Origin: Candidatus Dormiibacterota bacterium
Lineage (GTDB): Bacteria; Chloroflexota; Dormibacteria; Aeolococcales; Aeolococcaceae
Reading direction: 5' to 3'
NCBI GenBank assembly: GCA_963756075.1
Contig: CAVWMH010000007.1
Span: 197,571 to 261,570, forward strand
Length of the DNA stretch: 64,000 bases
The position numbers were made by a program, and so were the translations under genes. The notes beneath the pieces are model-generated. The model saw only the letters and a list, made by a program, of their open reading frames with translations. It was not told the origin of the DNA and ran no database searches. The number at the start of each line of letters is the position of its first letter. Within the stretch, counting starts at the first letter, position 1. Shown piece after piece: positions 19,555 through 27,664 of the stretch.

Positions 19555-21029
19555 GTGACGCCTTCGACCTCGCCGTCATCGGTGGAGGGACGGCAGGGCT
19601 CGCGGCGGCGCAGACCGCGGCGCAGTTGAAACGACGGGTCCTGCTGATCAGTGAGGGACCGCTGGGAGGGGAGTGCACGTGGAACGGATGCGTGCCGTCA
19701 AAGGCGCTCATCGAGGCGGCGTCCGTGTACCACAGTGCGACGAACGCGGGTCGCTTCGGTATCCGCGTCGCCGATGTGCGTGTCGACTTCCCCGCCGTCA
19801 TGGAGCGCGTCCACGATGTCGTCGAGCAGATCGCGCGCTACGAGGACGAAGCCCATCTCGCCGCAGCAGGTGTCGTGGTGCGTCGAGGGCGTGCCGCGTT
19901 CGTCGATGCACGCACGCTCCAGGTCGGCGACGACCGCTTCACCGCGGCGCACGTGGTCGTCTGCACGGGCAGCCGCCCGGCGATTCCCGCGATCGACGGC
20001 CTCGGTGATGTGCCGCACCTGACCAACGAGACTGTGTTCGAGCTCCGCGTGCAGCCGCGCCGCCTGCTCGTGCTCGGTGCAGGGGCAGTCGGGCTCGAGC
20101 TCGCGCAGGCATTCGTCCGGCTCGGCACCGAGGTGGACGTCGTCGAGGCCGCCACGTCGTTTCTCCCGCACGAGGACCCGGACATCGCGGCGCTGATGCG
20201 CGAGATCCTCGAGTCAGACGGGATTCGCGTGCATCTCGGAGCGCAACCGATGCGGGCTGTGCGAAGCGGCAGCGATATCGAACTCACGCTGCGAGACGGT
20301 GGCGGTGAACGCGCGCTGCGTGGTGATCAACTCCTCATTGCCACCGGCAGGATCCCGAACGTCGACGGCCTTGGCCACGACAAGGTGGGGATGCGCGTGG
20401 AGGAGCAGGGGATCGCCGTCGATTCCCACCTGCGCACCTCGGTGAGCGGCATCTTTGCGGCCGGCGACGTCACGGGCACGCTGCCGTTCACCCACGTGGC
20501 CGCCTATCAGGGACGGCTCGCCGCGCACAACGCCCTCGGGCGTCAGCAGGCGGCGTCGTATCGAGTGATCCCGTGGGTCATCTTCACGGAGCCGGAGATC
20601 GCGCATGTCGGCCTCACCGAGCCGGAGGCGCGGCGCGCGCATGGCGATGCCGTGCATGTCGCGACCCTCCCGTTCACGGCGGTGGATCGCGCGCTCATCA
20701 CGCAGCGTCCGCGTGGCCTCATCAAGGTGATCACCTCCGGACGGCCGCTCCTGGGGCACGCCGGCGGGGGCACGATCCTCGGTGCGCATATCGCCGGACC
20801 CGGTGCCGGCGAGTTGATCCACGAGTTCGTGATCGCGATGCAGGTGCGCGCGTTTGCCGGGAGGCTCGCCCAGGCGGTCCACGCCTATCCCTCGATGTCG
20901 GTCGGCGTGCAACAGGCGGTCGCCCGCCTGTTCGCCGGCGGACGCGCGGCCGCAGGCGAGTTGCGCGAGGACCTGTTGCCGTCGGGAGTCAGTTCGGGCT
21001 CGACACCACCCGATCCAACGCCGCCTTGA
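19551..21029 (+). CDS. Class I pyridine nucleotide-disulfide oxidoreductase (dihydrolipoamide dehydrogenase / mercuric reductase-like flavoprotein)
   Basis: FDLAVIGGGTAG FAD motif, redox disulfide GGECTWNGCVPSK, second Rossmann LLVLGAGAVGLE, and a C-terminal dimerisation domain with HAYPSMS. GTG start overlaps the fabF stop. Confidence 0.8.
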   Translation: MSDAFDLAVIGGGTAGLAAAQTAAQLKRRVLLISEGPLGGECTWNGCVPSKALIEAASVYHSATNAGRFGIRVADVRVDFPAVMERVHDVVEQIARYEDEAHLAAAGVVVRRGRAAFVDARTLQVGDDRFTAAHVVVCTGSRPAIPAIDGLGDVPHLTNETVFELRVQPRRLLVLGAGAVGLELAQAFVRLGTEVDVVEAATSFLPHEDPDIAALMREILESDGIRVHLGAQPMRAVRSGSDIELTLRDGGGERALRGDQLLIATGRIPNVDGLGHDKVGMRVEEQGIAVDSHLRTSVSGIFAAGDVTGTLPFTHVAAYQGRLAAHNALGRQQAASYRVIPWVIFTEPEIAHVGLTEPEARRAHGDAVHVATLPFTAVDRALITQRPRGLIKVITSGRPLLGHAGGGTILGAHIAGPGAGELIHEFVIAMQVRAFAGRLAQAVHAYPSMSVGVQQAVARLFAGGRAAAGELREDLLPSGVSSGSTPPDPTPP

Positions 21030-21708
21030 TGATCCCGTAGCACTCGCAGGAAACGGACTCGAGGCCCTCGCGATCGACGATGGTCACCCGCCCGCGGTGG
21101 TACCGGATCAGCCCGGCCGACTGAAGCAGTCCAGCGGACAGCGTCACCGTGGCGCGGCGCGAGCCGAGCATCTGCCCGAGGAACTCGTGGGTGATCGGGA
21201 AGGTGTCGGTGCCCACCCGGTCGTGGCTCATGAGCAGCCAGCGGCTCAGGCGTTCCTCATTGGAGTGGAGGCGGTTGCACGCTGCCGCCTGCGAGATCTG
21301 CCCGAAGAGCGCCTGGACGTACTTCTGCACCAGCGCGCGAAATGCCGGCAGGCGCTCGAGGCCATTGATGAACTCGCTCGCGTCGAGGCGCAACGTGCGC
21401 CCGCCGACCTGTGAGATCGCGCGGACCGCCAGCGATCCGCCGGGCACGAGCGGCACCCCGACGATCCCCTCGTTGCCGATGGTCGCCACCTCGACGATGT
21501 TGCCGTCCGCGAGCGGGGTGACCAGGGAGATCACGCCGTCGATCGGGAAGTGAACCGCCGGGATCATCTGGCCAGGGTCGAAGAGCACGGTCTTGACCGT
21601 GAGATGCGCAGGCCGAAGCTGCTGCAACAGCGTCTGCCGCTCGTCATCCGGCAGCGCCTCCAGCAAGTGATTCCCTGCCGGCGCTACGAGGGTGCTTCCC
21701 TTTGCCAT
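20989..21708 (-). CDS. Crp/Fnr family transcriptional regulator
   Basis: cNMP-binding beta-roll (LFDPGQMIPAVHFPIDGVISL) and C-terminal HTH (THEFLGQMLGSRRATVTLSAGLLQSAGLI). The 3' end overlaps the convergent oxidoreductase gene by 41 nt. Confidence 0.8.
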   Translation of the reverse strand: MAKGSTLVAPAGNHLLEALPDDERQTLLQQLRPAHLTVKTVLFDPGQMIPAVHFPIDGVISLVTPLADGNIVEVATIGNEGIVGVPLVPGGSLAVRAISQVGGRTLRLDASEFINGLERLPAFRALVQKYVQALFGQISQAAACNRLHSNEERLSRWLLMSHDRVGTDTFPITHEFLGQMLGSRRATVTLSAGLLQSAGLIRYHRGRVTIVDREGLESVSCECYGIIKAALDRVVSSPN

Positions 21709-21785
21709 CGAACCGGATCGAGAGTACCGCAGGTACACCTACCGCGGCAATGGGGACGAGCGCCCATGGGAGAATCGGTGGCCCA

Positions 21786-21857
21786 GCCGATGTAGCTCAG
21801 GGGTAGAGCAACCGCCTTGTAAGCGGTTGGCCGGGAGTTCGAATCTCCCCATCGGCT
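21786..21857 (+). tRNA. tRNA-Thr(TGT)
   Basis: GCCGATG acceptor stem pairing with CATCGGC, D-arm GCTCAGGGGTAGAGC, anticodon stem ACCGC/GCGGT with loop CTTGTAA (anticodon TGT), T-arm GGGAG-TTCGAAT-CTCCC. Confidence 0.85.
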
Positions 21858-21859
21858 CC
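21806..21859 (+). repeat. Direct repeat copy 1 (attL-like): the 3' 54 nt of tRNA-Thr(TGT)
   Basis: The 54 nt 21806-21859 are identical to 23413-23466. Confidence 0.85.
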
Positions 21860-22120
21860 GCGACCCTCGTTGTGAATTCAGAATCACCGTCTGTGCATCT
21901 CTGCCGCGGACGCGGCGCGTGAATCCATCGTATCACGAGATCATTCAGTTGCCATAGTGCGCGCGCTGCGATCATCGGTCTTACGACGATAGTCCGAAGT
22001 CAAAGGCGGAGCGTCGCGTTAGGCTCGAAGTCACACCGGGTATGGCCGAACTTCCGAGGTGAGGACGCGTTGATCCCCCTCTCCGCTCTCCTGTCGGGGG
22101 GCCATGCCCGGTGGCGGTCG

Positions 22121-22450
22121 TCAGTGATCGATGTCCTGGTACCACTCGGGGATATCCTCACGCTCGGCGAGTTGCTTCTGGAGTTCGGCGAGCAACTCCG
22201 CGGCCTCTGCGTCGCCAGCGTTGGCGAGTGCCTCAAGATGCACTGCATCGGCGGTGCCGAGCAGATAGTCGGACAGCCGGCGCGCCTCTTCCGGGCTGTG
22301 CGCCAGCCGGATCGTGTCGATGGCGCCGTCCCCACGGGCGAACCGCAGGATGAGCACCACGGCGGGCTCCGGATCCTGCCTGCCGATCACCGTCAGCGAG
22401 CTCAGGGGTCTGCCCGAACGGTTGGTGATCTCGTCAATTTCGTCGCTCAT
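22121..22450 (-). CDS. Hypothetical small acidic protein (109 aa)
   Basis: MSDEIDEITNRSGRPLSSLTVIGRQ...AEAAELLAELQKQLAEREDIPEWYQDIDH. GC3 is high. No recognisable domain. Confidence 0.55.
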   Translation of the reverse strand: MSDEIDEITNRSGRPLSSLTVIGRQDPEPAVVLILRFARGDGAIDTIRLAHSPEEARRLSDYLLGTADAVHLEALANAGDAEAAELLAELQKQLAEREDIPEWYQDIDH

Positions 22451-22524
22451 CGGTCACGTTCTCCTAGTTGTAAAGGCTCTCCAACATCTCTTCAGATCGG
22501 CGCGGCCAGGCCTAGAGTCCGACC

Positions 22525-23100
22525 ATGTGGTGGACTGTCATGCTCGTCGGGCTGTTCCTGATCGGGGGCGGTCTCGGCTGGGCCTACATTCCCGAACACC
22601 GCCACCCGTTTCCCCACTTTGCGCAGATCACAGGCAGATTCAACGGAATCGTCGTTGCGGGCATCGGGCTCGTTCTCTGCGTCATAAGCCTCTTTATTTC
22701 CCCCTGGTGGGTGTTGCTTGTCTATGTCGGCGTCATTGGCAGCGTGACAGTCATTCGGCTGCAGATCCGCCGTCATGCAAACGATCTGCAGACGTTCCTC
22801 AGCGCGACGACGGCAGCCCCGGTCACTTTGGCAACACCCAAGCGTTTCGGGACGCGATATTGGAGAGGGCGGTGGAGTCCGTTCCGGTTGCGCTGCGTGG
22901 TGTTTGGTCATAATTGGCAGCGGCGCTCGTCTACGCATCGTCCGACTTTGGAAGCGGTCAAACAGGACTACGATCTGATCGAGACTGTGACCGAATGCCA
23001 ACGATGTGGGCAAATCGGGAACGTCAAAGACAAGCTCGAGCGGCGGCAAGAGTCCGTCTCCGCGACCGGGGCGCAAGGACGTGGTTGGCACGTTCGCTGA
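22525..23100 (+). CDS. Hypothetical 3-TM membrane protein with C-terminal zinc-ribbon-like C-x4-H...C-x2-C (191 aa)
   Basis: Three hydrophobic helices (LVGLFLIGGGLGWAYI; IVVAGIGLVLCVISLFI; WWVLLVYVGVIGSVTVI), then RLRCVVFGHNW...TECQRCGQIG. GC3 is low relative to the rest of the window. Confidence 0.55.
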   Translation: MWWTVMLVGLFLIGGGLGWAYIPEHRHPFPHFAQITGRFNGIVVAGIGLVLCVISLFISPWWVLLVYVGVIGSVTVIRLQIRRHANDLQTFLSATTAAPVTLATPKRFGTRYWRGRWSPFRLRCVVFGHNWQRRSSTHRPTLEAVKQDYDLIETVTECQRCGQIGNVKDKLERRQESVSATGAQGRGWHVR

Positions 23101-23400
23101 CGGCGCGTCGTGGAACACAAGCGCACGACGCGTGGTTCACAGCACACCGCCGGCGAGATTGGGTCGGAGTTGTCAACTTTCCGACTGGCGCTCTCCTCGA
23201 CGCATCCGCGCTTCGGTCGGAACTCCAGCGCGGATTGCCGGAGCTGGCACGATCGGCGATCGTCAGCTCAACTCGCCGCGATTTTGATGTGAATCTTGCT
23301 GAGCCCGCATCCTCCTCGCAACTCCGCAAGCGGTAGGCCTGGCGCAGCGCGATTGGCGGGGCGGTCGCTGCCTTGGTATTCGAGACGCGTTCTGATAACC

Positions 23401-24300
23401 TCACCCTTCGCGGAGCAACCGCCTTGTAAGCGGTTGGCCGGGAGTTCGAATCTCCCCATCGGCTCCACCCTGAGGGCCGGCGTCGTCAATGACCCAGCCT
23501 GCGGCGGCGAGGTCGGCGATCTTGCGTGCGAACCCGTCGTGCTCGACGCTCGGGATGACCTCGCTCGCTGCGCTCATGACATCAGGGTCACTTTCGCCGA
23601 CGGAGTAGCTTCTGCCGGTCACCCGGAACATCGCCAGGTCATTTGGCATGTCCCCAAAGCTGATCGCGGAAGCGGGCGCGAGGCCGAGCGCCTCAAGAGC
23701 GCGAGACGTCCCGGTGCCCTTGTCAACTCCGTGTGCCGTCACGTCGAGGACCGTCGACCGCCCGACATGGCTCAGCGCCGCGGAATCCAACTCCGCCGCC
23801 ACGAGCCCCGCGATGCGATCGAGATTGCCGTTCGCATGCCGCAGGGCCATCGTGCAACACGCCGTCTCGGCCAGCACGGCGGCCTCGACCACAACGCGCG
23901 AAGGGCCGTGTGGTTGGGTCGGGCTCAGGCGGTAGTACTCGTCGGTCATCCGCCACAAGCTGCCGTCAAAACTGGCCACGCCCGCGCCCTCGTCGACGGC
24001 GATCTCGACGACGCGGTTGATATCTGCCGGGGTCATCCAGGCCACCCACTTCGTCTCCTGCTCCGGGGACGACCACCCGATCGCGCCCGAGCAGCACACG
24101 GCCATACGGGTTCGACGCGCCAGCACCTCAAAGTGCTCCAGCCCCTGCGGCGTGCGTGCGGTTGCGATGACGAACGCGATCCCCGCGGACCTGATCAGGT
24201 CGAGGGCGGTCAGTGTCGCGGGTGAGACGGAGAAGTCGGAGCGCACGACGGTTCCATCGAGATCGGTGACGACGGCCTCGACTCTCATGACGTCCAGCAT
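23401..24300 (-). CDS. HAD-superfamily hydrolase, Cof-like (HAD-IIB)
   Basis: VVTDLDGTVV motif I, FVIATAR, ISFGDMPNDLAMF motif IV. The last ~20 codons (GGADGEIRTPGQPLTRRLLREG) are the antisense of the orphan tRNA-Thr fragment. Confidence 0.8.
   Translation of the reverse strand: MLDVMRVEAVVTDLDGTVVRSDFSVSPATLTALDLIRSAGIAFVIATARTPQGLEHFEVLARRTRMAVCCSGAIGWSSPEQETKWVAWMTPADINRVVEIAVDEGAGVASFDGSLWRMTDEYYRLSPTQPHGPSRVVVEAAVLAETACCTMALRHANGNLDRIAGLVAAELDSAALSHVGRSTVLDVTAHGVDKGTGTSRALEALGLAPASAISFGDMPNDLAMFRVTGRSYSVGESDPDVMSAASEVIPSVEHDGFARKIADLAAAGWVIDDAGPQGGADGEIRTPGQPLTRRLLREG
23413..23466 (+). repeat. Direct repeat copy 2 (attR-like): orphan 3' fragment of tRNA-Thr(TGT)
   Basis: Perfect 54/54 match to 21806-21859. 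It lacks the tRNA 5' half. Flanking sequence diverges immediately on both sides. Confidence 0.85.
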
Positions 24301-24312
24301 GATCGCTCGGGC

Positions 24313-24585
24313 TTACCGGCCCCGGGGTCGCAGCGGCTCCGACCGCCGCGACCCCGCGCGCTCAGGAGCGGTCCGGGGCTGCCCGAACTCGACGCGGAGG
24401 CGTGCTTCGGCACGGACCCGGGCATCGATCTCGTGGGCGGAGCGCCCGAACAGAAACACGACCTCGGAAGCGGGCAGGCTCCGGTCGCCCCGGCGGCGAT
24501 GGTGCCGGCGGCTGCGCTTGGCGTCGTCGATCAGGTCACGGCTTCGCTCGCGGGCGAGATCCAGAAACGCGTTCGAGTTCATCAT
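24313..24585 (-). CDS. Hypothetical protein (about 90 aa)
   Basis: ORF with high GC3. MMNSNAFLDLARERSRDLIDDAKRSRR... Lies divergent from the YafY regulator across an AT-rich 50-bp promoter region. No recognisable domain. Confidence 0.4.
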   Translation of the reverse strand: MMNSNAFLDLARERSRDLIDDAKRSRRHHRRRGDRSLPASEVVFLFGRSAHEIDARVRAEARLRVEFGQPRTAPERAGSRRSEPLRPRGR

Positions 24586-24638
24586 GTCGCTGATGCTACA
24601 GGCCAATATGGACAGTATCCGTCCTATATGATGCGGAT

Positions 24639-25631
24639 ATGGATCTTTCCGTCGGCCGGCTGCTCACCCTCATCGAGCTGCTCCAGGTCTACCGGCAGCT
24701 CAACGCCGAGGAGATCGCGAGCCGCCTCGAGGTGAGCCCGCGGACGGTGCGTCGATACATCACTGGCCTGCAGGAGATGGGCATCCCGGTCGAGGCTGAG
24801 CGGGGTCCTGCCGGCGGCTACCGGCTCCGGCGCGGCCCCAAGCTCCCCCCGCTGATGCTCAGCAACGACGAGGCGCTTGTCACGGTCATCGGTCTCCTGG
24901 CGGCCCAGCGCCTTGGACTGTCATCGTCCGGCGCGGCCGTCCAAGGTGCACTGGCCAAGCTCGACCGCGTCCTCCCCGAGACCCAGCGCACCCAGGTCCA
25001 GGCGATGCAGGATTTCGTCAGCCTCGGGCTCTCCCCGGTCGCCAGGGACCACGCGGACGCCGAGACGATCCTCCGGCTCAGCACCGCCGCACGGGACCAG
25101 TCCGGCATTCGCTTGACGTATCGGTCTGCCGCGGGCGAGGTCACCGAGCGTCTCGTCGATCCGTACGGTGTCGCGTTTCAGAGCGGCCACTGGTACCTGG
25201 TCAGCTGGGATCACTTTCGGGACGCCATGCGGACGTTCCGCCTTGATCGCATGCTGGCGACCGAGGTCACCAATGCGACCTTCCAGCGTCCCGACGACTT
25301 CGATGTCGTCGCCTACCTGCGCCAGGCCATCGGCGAGGCGGTGTACGGGACTCGGTGCGAGGTGCTGCTCGCCCTGAGCCTCGATGCCGCGAAGAGTCGC
25401 GTGTCGCCAACCGACGGCATGCTCGAGGCCGCCGACGCGGGCACGCTGCTGCGCTTCAGCGCCGACGACCTCGACTGGGCGGCGGCGTTTCTCGCAGGCC
25501 TCGAGTGTGACCTGGTCGTGCTTCATCCCCCGGAGCTTCGGGCGTCCCTGCGAGCCATGGCTGCACGCTTGCAGGCCGGAGCCCGGAGCCCACGCCGGCG
25601 CCGCGCGGGCGTCACGGCGCAGGCGCCGTGA
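24639..25631 (+). CDS. YafY-family transcriptional regulator (HTH - WYL - WCX)
   Basis: N-terminal HTH LLTLIELLQVYRQLNAEEIASRLEVSPRTVRRYITGLQEMGIPVEAERGPAGGYRL is the classic YafY/PafBC-type signature. The central WYL-like region contains RLVDPYGVAFQSGHWYLVSWDHFRDAMRTFRLDRM. Confidence 0.8.
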   Translation: MDLSVGRLLTLIELLQVYRQLNAEEIASRLEVSPRTVRRYITGLQEMGIPVEAERGPAGGYRLRRGPKLPPLMLSNDEALVTVIGLLAAQRLGLSSSGAAVQGALAKLDRVLPETQRTQVQAMQDFVSLGLSPVARDHADAETILRLSTAARDQSGIRLTYRSAAGEVTERLVDPYGVAFQSGHWYLVSWDHFRDAMRTFRLDRMLATEVTNATFQRPDDFDVVAYLRQAIGEAVYGTRCEVLLALSLDAAKSRVSPTDGMLEAADAGTLLRFSADDLDWAAAFLAGLECDLVVLHPPELRASLRAMAARLQAGARSPRRRRAGVTAQAP

Positions 25632-25755
25632 GGCAGCCGCTACATGGCCGTGACACGAGCGCAGGGTCTCCTGCTATGTCGCTCGACCAGACTCGACCAA
25701 TGACCTTTTCCGCCATTGCAGTGCACCATGCGGACGGCACGACCCCGATTCGACG

Positions 25756-26331
25756 ATGAAGGTGGTGAAAACGCTGGCGGACGAGCTGTCCGAGGCGGAT
25801 CTCGCGGTTTTCGGGATCGAGGATCACGAGGACATCGCATCGGCGACGGGAATCACGTCGATCGGCTACAGCCTGGACGCGCTGCTCGACCGTGATGGAT
25901 TCCTTGACGAAGCTGCGCGTCACGTCGCCCACGCACGGCGCAGCAAGCATCCCTTGTGCTTGGCGCTGGTCGCGTTCGATCACGGCACCCAGGGCGACGG
26001 GGACGCTGGTCACATCGCGGAAGAGGCGTTTCTCACCGAGGCGACCGCGCGATGGCGAGACGTCCTGCGCACCGAAGACCTCATGGGCCGCTGGGGGGAG
26101 GACGAGTTCGCCGTCGTGCTCGTGAACTGCTCAACCGTGAGTGCCGTCCAGTTGTGCTGGCGGCTCCGCGAGGCGACACCCGAAGGGCATTCGTTCTCGG
26201 CCGGCCTCGCCTCCTTTCAGGGGACGGAAACGGTCGACGACCTGGTCGACCGCGCTGACGACTGCCTCGCTCAAGCACGAGCGAAGGGCCGGGACAGGAC
26301 CGTGGCCGAGGGGCTCGTCGACCTCGATTGA
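25756..26331 (+). CDS. Standalone GGDEF-domain protein with degenerate active site (AFD / GEDEF) and intact I-site (RTED); probable c-di-GMP binding rather than synthesis
   Basis: The GGDEF fold is alignable (LDALLDRDGFLDEAARHV...LALVAFDHG...GH...RWGEDEFAVVL...ADDCLAQARAKGRDRTV). The metal-binding DxD is AFD and GG[DE]EF is GEDEF. RxxD lies 5 residues upstream of the motif. Confidence 0.75.
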   Translation: MKVVKTLADELSEADLAVFGIEDHEDIASATGITSIGYSLDALLDRDGFLDEAARHVAHARRSKHPLCLALVAFDHGTQGDGDAGHIAEEAFLTEATARWRDVLRTEDLMGRWGEDEFAVVLVNCSTVSAVQLCWRLREATPEGHSFSAGLASFQGTETVDDLVDRADDCLAQARAKGRDRTVAEGLVDLD

Positions 26332-26708
26332 GGTCTCGGCGCCGCTCGTCGCGAGCGCCGGCCATCGTGTCGAAGACGTGGTGCTGCACGCAATCGCCCA
26401 TACTGCGGTCCGGGCCGCGCCGTCACTTCGGCAGCCAGTGAAGAGTGAGCAGATGACCGATACGCCACCCGCGGAAGATCCCCCCGAGCACGAGAAGAGC
26501 AGGCTGCGCCGCTTCGAGGACGCGGTCCACGATCGTCTGCTCGCGGCCGAGGTTGCCGCCGAGGAGGCGGCCGGCTACGGCTCGCTGACGGCTGCTCGTG
26601 AGGCGGCCGAGACCGCTGCCAACCCCGAGCACGAGCTCGGCGGCGGCGACAAGTTCCGGCGCAGCCGATTCCGACCCGGATTCGCCCAAGGAATAGGAAA
26701 CCCCGCCG

Positions 26709-27554
26709 GTGTGGTGGGACGAGCGGAAGCCGGGCGGGGCGATCCGGTCGCTCATCTTCATGGCCCATCCTGGACCATCGCTTCTCGTCACGGCGGTCCT
26801 GGTGGCGATCGCCGGCCTCGCCGCCCGCCGGGTGCCCGACGGCATCCTGGTCCTGCAGCTGGTAGGAGCGATGCTGCCGGTGCAGTTCTGCATCGGCGTC
26901 ATCAACGACGTCGCTGATCTCGAGGCCGACGCTGTGGCGAAGCCGCATAAGCCGCTCGTCCGCGAAGTCGTCAGCCGCTCGACCGCGACCGGCGCCGGCA
27001 TCGTGCTCGGCGTGATCGGGCTCGGGGTTGCGGCGACCATCAACCTCGCGACGCTCGGACTCGACGCCCTCGCTCTGGGAGCCGGGCTCGCCTACGACCT
27101 CGGGCTACGCCGGACGCCACTTTCGTGGGTGCCGTGGTGGGGCGGCATGGCGGTTCTTCCGTTGGAGGGGTACGCGTCGGTCGGTGCGGTCCCATCGAAG
27201 CTGCTGGTCGTGGTTCCGCTGTCGGGCCTCCTCGCGATCGGACTCCAGTTCGCGAACGCACTGCCGGACATCGAGGGCGACCGGCTCGCCGGCCGGCGCA
27301 GTCTCCCGGTCCTTGCTGGAGCGGGTCGCTCACAATCGGCAGGGCCGGCCGCGATTGTGGCCGCGGGAGTGCTCGCGCTCCTGCTCGCGGGCCCGCTGGG
27401 GCAGGCGGGACTCCTGTTCTTCAGCGGCCTCGCGGTGCTCGGCGTCGGGGTGGGCGCGGTGGCCATCACGCGATCAGCGCGGCCGTTTCCGGTTCTCGCC
27501 GTGGCCACAGCAGTCTTTGCAGTGACCTGGTTGGCCTCACTCCCGCGAACCTGA
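26709..27554 (+). CDS. UbiA-family prenyltransferase
   Basis: Polytopic. First Asp-rich motif GVINDVADLEADAV and a second motif region LQFANALPDIEGDRLAGRRSLP. GTG at 26709 or ATG at 26760 could be the start. Confidence 0.75.
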   Translation: MWWDERKPGGAIRSLIFMAHPGPSLLVTAVLVAIAGLAARRVPDGILVLQLVGAMLPVQFCIGVINDVADLEADAVAKPHKPLVREVVSRSTATGAGIVLGVIGLGVAATINLATLGLDALALGAGLAYDLGLRRTPLSWVPWWGGMAVLPLEGYASVGAVPSKLLVVVPLSGLLAIGLQFANALPDIEGDRLAGRRSLPVLAGAGRSQSAGPAAIVAAGVLALLLAGPLGQAGLLFFSGLAVLGVGVGAVAITRSARPFPVLAVATAVFAVTWLASLPRT

Positions 27555-27589
27555 CCCCGTGGCGACGCCTTGGTACCATCGGCCGGCGT

Positions 27590-27664
27590 GCCCAAGTAGC
27601 TCAGTGGTAGAGCAACGCCTTGGTAAGGCGTAGGCCGTGAGTTCAATCCTCACCTTGGGCTCCA
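27590..27664 (+). tRNA. tRNA-Thr(GGT), CCA encoded
   Basis: GCCCAAG/CTTGGGC acceptor, D-arm GCTCAGTGGTAGAGC, anticodon loop TTGGTAA (GGT), T-arm CGTGAGTTCAATCCTCAC, terminal TCCA. Confidence 0.9.

Larger units (their letters stand above)
21860..23412. mobile_element. Remnant tRNA-Thr-integrated islet (about 1.55 kb between attL-like and attR-like repeats; no integrase retained)
   Basis: The islet is bounded by the duplicated tRNA 3' end. Its interior includes the lowest-GC sequence in the window (22450-23400). Confidence 0.45.

Noticed and set aside
21739-21975. Short ORFs overlapping the tRNA-Thr genes (for example 21739..21975 minus)
   Set aside because: They are translations through tRNA sequence (for example ...GRFELPANRLQGGCS...), a known artefact.
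27567-27576. 10-mer cgccttggta just upstream of tRNA-Thr(GGT), resembling its anticodon arm
   Set aside because: Too short (10 nt) and not extended by flanking identity. Treated as coincidence rather than a second att-like duplication.
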